Assembly: GCA_030765505.1 (NCBI GenBank)
Contig: JAVCCL010000043.1
Coordinates: 69,686-133,685, forward strand
Direction: 5' to 3'
From: Candidatus Kaelpia imicola
GTDB taxonomy: Bacteria > Omnitrophota > Gorgyraeia > Kaelpiales > Kaelpiaceae
DNA length: 64,000 nucleotides
This document shows positions 60,175 to 64,000 of this stretch, in pieces. Below the pieces are notes generated by a model. The model did not search any database. It was not told the DNA's origin and worked only from the letters and a program-made list of their open reading frames with translations. A program made the translations under genes and the position numbers. How positions within the stretch are numbered: the first letter of the stretch is position 1; the number at the start of each line of letters is the position of its first letter.

Positions 60175-60966
60175 ATGAAAGTCGGTATTATAGGTCTGGG
60201 TACAATAGGAAGTTCTGTTATAGAGCGTGTTCTCTCTAAATATAGCTCTTCTTTAGAGGAAGTCTATATTTATGATGTAGAGAAGAGCAGCATCCGATCA
60301 GTTCTAAATAGTTATAGTTGGGCTAAAAGTCTGGATAGCCTTAAAGAGGTGGTAGCGGAGTCCGATTTTTTAATAGAGACAGCTTCAGCTTCCTGTGTTA
60401 AAGATCTTATGCCTCTGGTTGTTAAATATAGAAGGGATATTCTGGTTATGAGTACGGGTGGACTTCTTAAAGTTAAAGATTTACTATCTCAGGCAGAAGA
60501 TATGGGCGTTGAGGTTATAATACCTCAAGGGGCCATTGCGGGTTTAGATGCAATTGAGGCGATTAGAGATTGGGGAATAGATAGTATAAGACTCTCCAGC
60601 TATAAGCCTCTTAGGGCTCTTAATAATGCGCCCTATGTTGTTAATAATAATATAAAGTTGGAAAATTTATATAGAGGTCTTGTTTTTAAAGGTGGTGTTA
60701 GTGAGGCAACAGAAGGATTTCCGAAAAGCATAAATGTCTCTGCTGCACTTCTTCTCCTGTCCGGTTTAGATGATATAGAGGTCAATATATATCTCTCTGG
60801 AGATAATAGCACTATAACCCATATAATCGAAGTTGAATCTAAGATATCCAGACTAAAGATTGAATGCAGGAATTACCCCTCCAGCAGTAATCCCAAGACT
60901 TCGGCTCTAGCAATTTGCTCAGCCGTTATAGAAGCAAAGAGATATATAGATAGGCATTTAAAATGA
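60175..60966 (+). CDS. nadX: L-aspartate dehydrogenase (DUF108)
   Basis: GIIGLGTIG, GAIAGLD, FPKSINV, NPKTS. Confidence 0.85.
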   Translation: MKVGIIGLGTIGSSVIERVLSKYSSSLEEVYIYDVEKSSIRSVLNSYSWAKSLDSLKEVVAESDFLIETASASCVKDLMPLVVKYRRDILVMSTGGLLKVKDLLSQAEDMGVEVIIPQGAIAGLDAIEAIRDWGIDSIRLSSYKPLRALNNAPYVVNNNIKLENLYRGLVFKGGVSEATEGFPKSINVSAALLLLSGLDDIEVNIYLSGDNSTITHIIEVESKISRLKIECRNYPSSSNPKTSALAICSAVIEAKRYIDRHLK

Positions 60967-60980
60967 TCTATGTTCAATAG

Positions 60981-62573
60981 ATGATTAAATCCACTTCGTT
61001 TCGCAGCGGGGTTTTTATCGTACTCTTCTTAGCTCTTCTTTTAGCTTTTGCCAACTATCTATACCTTTTAAAGTCCGACGATATTTTTACAGGTGATCAA
61101 GTAGCTCATATTACAAATAGTGTCAGGTGTTACAGGTCTGGGTTTGATATTTTTAATAAGAGACAGGGCTTTGCTCTCTATCTTATATCTTCTCTTCTTT
61201 ATCATCTCTTTCCTTTAAACTATTATACAGCAATTCTCTCCAATATTTTTTTCTCTCTTCTGTTATTCGGATCTGTGTATGCAATGGTTCTAAAGATTAA
61301 ACAAAAAAAATCCGCTGCTATGTTTGCAGCATTTTTAATTGCAGTCTATCCGATAAGCTTTGGGCTTTCACGTTTTTATCTTCTGGAATATTCGTTAATG
61401 TCCTGGGTTGCATTGTTCTACATGCTTCTTCTCTATTGTAATAATTTTAAGAATAGGTTCTATACTGTATTAGCGGCGCTTGTCCTCGGCTTAGGCCCGA
61501 TTACAAAAGAGTCTTTCTTTATATATGTAATCCCGGTTATCATCTATAAATTCTGTCTTGTTATTAAAGATAGAAGCGTAAACATAGAGAGGATTAGACT
61601 TAACCTGCTCTTTTTTCTTTCGTTTTCTTTTCTGGCCAGTTTCTGGTTTTTCTCCAGCCCCAAGGGTATTATCAACGAAGGTCTATGTAGATTATTGAGA
61701 GAGGGAGGCAATAATCCTGATATTAGTTGGTTCTCTTTAAGAAACATTACTTTCTATCTATATCCATTGGTTGATTTCAATCTCTCTCCTTTTTATGCTT
61801 TTTTGTTCGTTTCGGCTCTAGTGGTATTTTTCAAGAACAGATTTAAATTTAAACGGGAATTGGTCATCTGGTTTATTATGCCTTTTATTATATTCTCTCT
61901 CTTTCCCTGGAAGCTGGCCAGATATATTGCGGCGGTTACTCCTGCAGCAGCGGTAATTACATCTTTAGGAATAAGCACTTTTGGGAAATACCTGCGCCGG
62001 TCTCTATATCTATTCTCTGTTATCTTTGGTTTGGTGCAGTTTCTTACCTTAAGTTACGGTCTCTATCCTTTTAAAGCAAATTGTTTTATAAGAACAGAGT
62101 TTTTAAGTAAACTCTTTTCACTGACTCCGAATAGATATTGCGAAGATTTTGAAATAGCTACTCCTAATAAATCCTATAGCGGGTCTTTAGAGATTCTTGA
62201 TGCTTTCGATGAGTTCAGGATAAATATGGCAGGAGGGGCGGAACCTGAGGAGATTAAGGTCTGCAGGGTGCTCAATGTAAAGTCTAAATCCGGTTATTCA
62301 GTAGAGCATTCGATATCTTCTATGCTGCCTTACTTCAATGAAGTTAAAGGCCACTATTCAATAGATTATTGTTATCTGGATGAGAGTAGAGTTTTGAACT
62401 ATTTTGAAGGCAGCAGGGTAGAAGATTTAGATAAATTCGATATCTTTTTATTTTATCAGCCCGAATTATCTCTCTATATTGAAGGTAATCTAAGACTCTA
62501 CAAAGAGTTGAGTTATAAAACCGGAAATATAGATAGAAGTATCAGCATCTTCTATGATGCTGATAAATATTAG
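60981..62573 (+). CDS. GT-C membrane glycosyltransferase (ArnT/PMT-like)
   Basis: FTGDQVAH early loop, VYPISFGLSR, GPITK, RYIAA; multi-TM. Confidence 0.75.
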   Translation: MIKSTSFRSGVFIVLFLALLLAFANYLYLLKSDDIFTGDQVAHITNSVRCYRSGFDIFNKRQGFALYLISSLLYHLFPLNYYTAILSNIFFSLLLFGSVYAMVLKIKQKKSAAMFAAFLIAVYPISFGLSRFYLLEYSLMSWVALFYMLLLYCNNFKNRFYTVLAALVLGLGPITKESFFIYVIPVIIYKFCLVIKDRSVNIERIRLNLLFFLSFSFLASFWFFSSPKGIINEGLCRLLREGGNNPDISWFSLRNITFYLYPLVDFNLSPFYAFLFVSALVVFFKNRFKFKRELVIWFIMPFIIFSLFPWKLARYIAAVTPAAAVITSLGISTFGKYLRRSLYLFSVIFGLVQFLTLSYGLYPFKANCFIRTEFLSKLFSLTPNRYCEDFEIATPNKSYSGSLEILDAFDEFRINMAGGAEPEEIKVCRVLNVKSKSGYSVEHSISSMLPYFNEVKGHYSIDYCYLDESRVLNYFEGSRVEDLDKFDIFLFYQPELSLYIEGNLRLYKELSYKTGNIDRSISIFYDADKY

Positions 62574-62576
62574 TGC

Positions 62577-62605
62577 TTGCAAAGAGGTCTCTTTGTTGTT
62601 AAAAT
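62577..62605 (+). promoter_or_regulatory. Sigma70 promoter of gap
   Basis: TTGCAA-17 nt-TAAAAT with TG extension. Confidence 0.7.
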
Positions 62606-62634
62606 TCTTTCTCAAATCGGCTATAAAATAATAA

Positions 62635-63663
<1,029 letters not shown>

Positions 63664-63697
63664 TTTAAAGTAGATAATTTGAAAAATAGATAAATAG

Positions 63698-63727
63698 AAG
63701 GTATCGGGTCTTAAAACCCCATACCTT
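63698..63727 (+). terminator. Stem-loop after gap
   Basis: AAGGTATCGGGT-CTTAAA-ACCCCATACCTT with one mismatch; no immediate U-tract. Confidence 0.5.
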
Positions 63728-63737
63728 GCGCTGTTTT

Positions 63738-64000
63738 ATGCATATTCTGATAACGAATCCTTTTGGAATCGGTGATGTTCTATTCAGCCTTCCTATGGTC
63801 TATGCTCTTAAAAGAGAGTATCCTAACAGCAGAATAGATTATATTTGCAACAGAAGAGTAGCTGATATTCTAAGAGCGCAAGAAGATATAGAGAGAGTAT
63901 ATGTATATGAAAAAGATGAATGGCGTGATAGGTTTTCACAGTCAAAGTTAAAAGCAGTTAGAGATTTCAGAGGTTTTCTTAAAGTGATAAAGAGAGAGAG
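63738..64000 (+). CDS. GT9 family (LPS heptosyltransferase-like) glycosyltransferase, 5' partial
   Basis: MHILITNPFGIGDVLFSLPMVYALKREYPNSRIDY: GIGDV...P...LK..YP signature; runs off the window. Confidence 0.8.
   Translation, partial: MHILITNPFGIGDVLFSLPMVYALKREYPNSRIDYICNRRVADILRAQEDIERVYVYEKDEWRDRFSQSKLKAVRDFRGFLKVIKRE

Overview
AT-rich bacterial chromosome segment with no phage, IS, integrase or CRISPR signal. Gene content points to a diderm, LPS-making organism (TonB receptor, GT9 heptosyltransferase-like gene) with HrcA/CIRCE heat-shock control and DapL-type lysine synthesis. Assignment to Omnitrophota/PVC or a similar uncultured lineage is my inference only. Housekeeping blocks: 3' end of leuC; cobalamin riboswitch plus btuB-F-C-D; hrcA-grpE-dnaK-dnaJ; accD; pncC-thpR; leuD-leuB-asd-NSS transporter-truA; tRNA-Arg(ACG)-tadA-tRNA-Ser(GCT)-dnaX-recR; argD-argF; argG-argH-lysA-dapF-dapA-dapB-dapL-folK-panC-nadX; gap. 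Interleaved with these is a recurring module of six GT-C (ArnT/PMT-like) membrane glycosyltransferase genes, two GT2 polyprenol-phosphate sugar synthases, three cobalamin-binding radical SAM enzymes (one with a tandem-duplicated unknown C-terminal domain), two class I methyltransferases and an AsnB amidotransferase. This is the best candidate for an undescribed system: B12-dependent tailoring and transfer of lipid-linked sugars to the cell surface. Other notable signals: a GC-rich hairpin with a C-rich anti-SD loop (candidate sRNA) before the riboswitch, truA lacking a canonical start codon, in-frame stops in argF and one GT-C gene, an internally deleted rfbB relic, an A9 run in dnaX, leaderless-type promoters, and a CHASE2-like/pseudo-PP2C plus degenerate NucS-like pair inside the dap operon. 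All assignments come from motif reading; no database searches were run.
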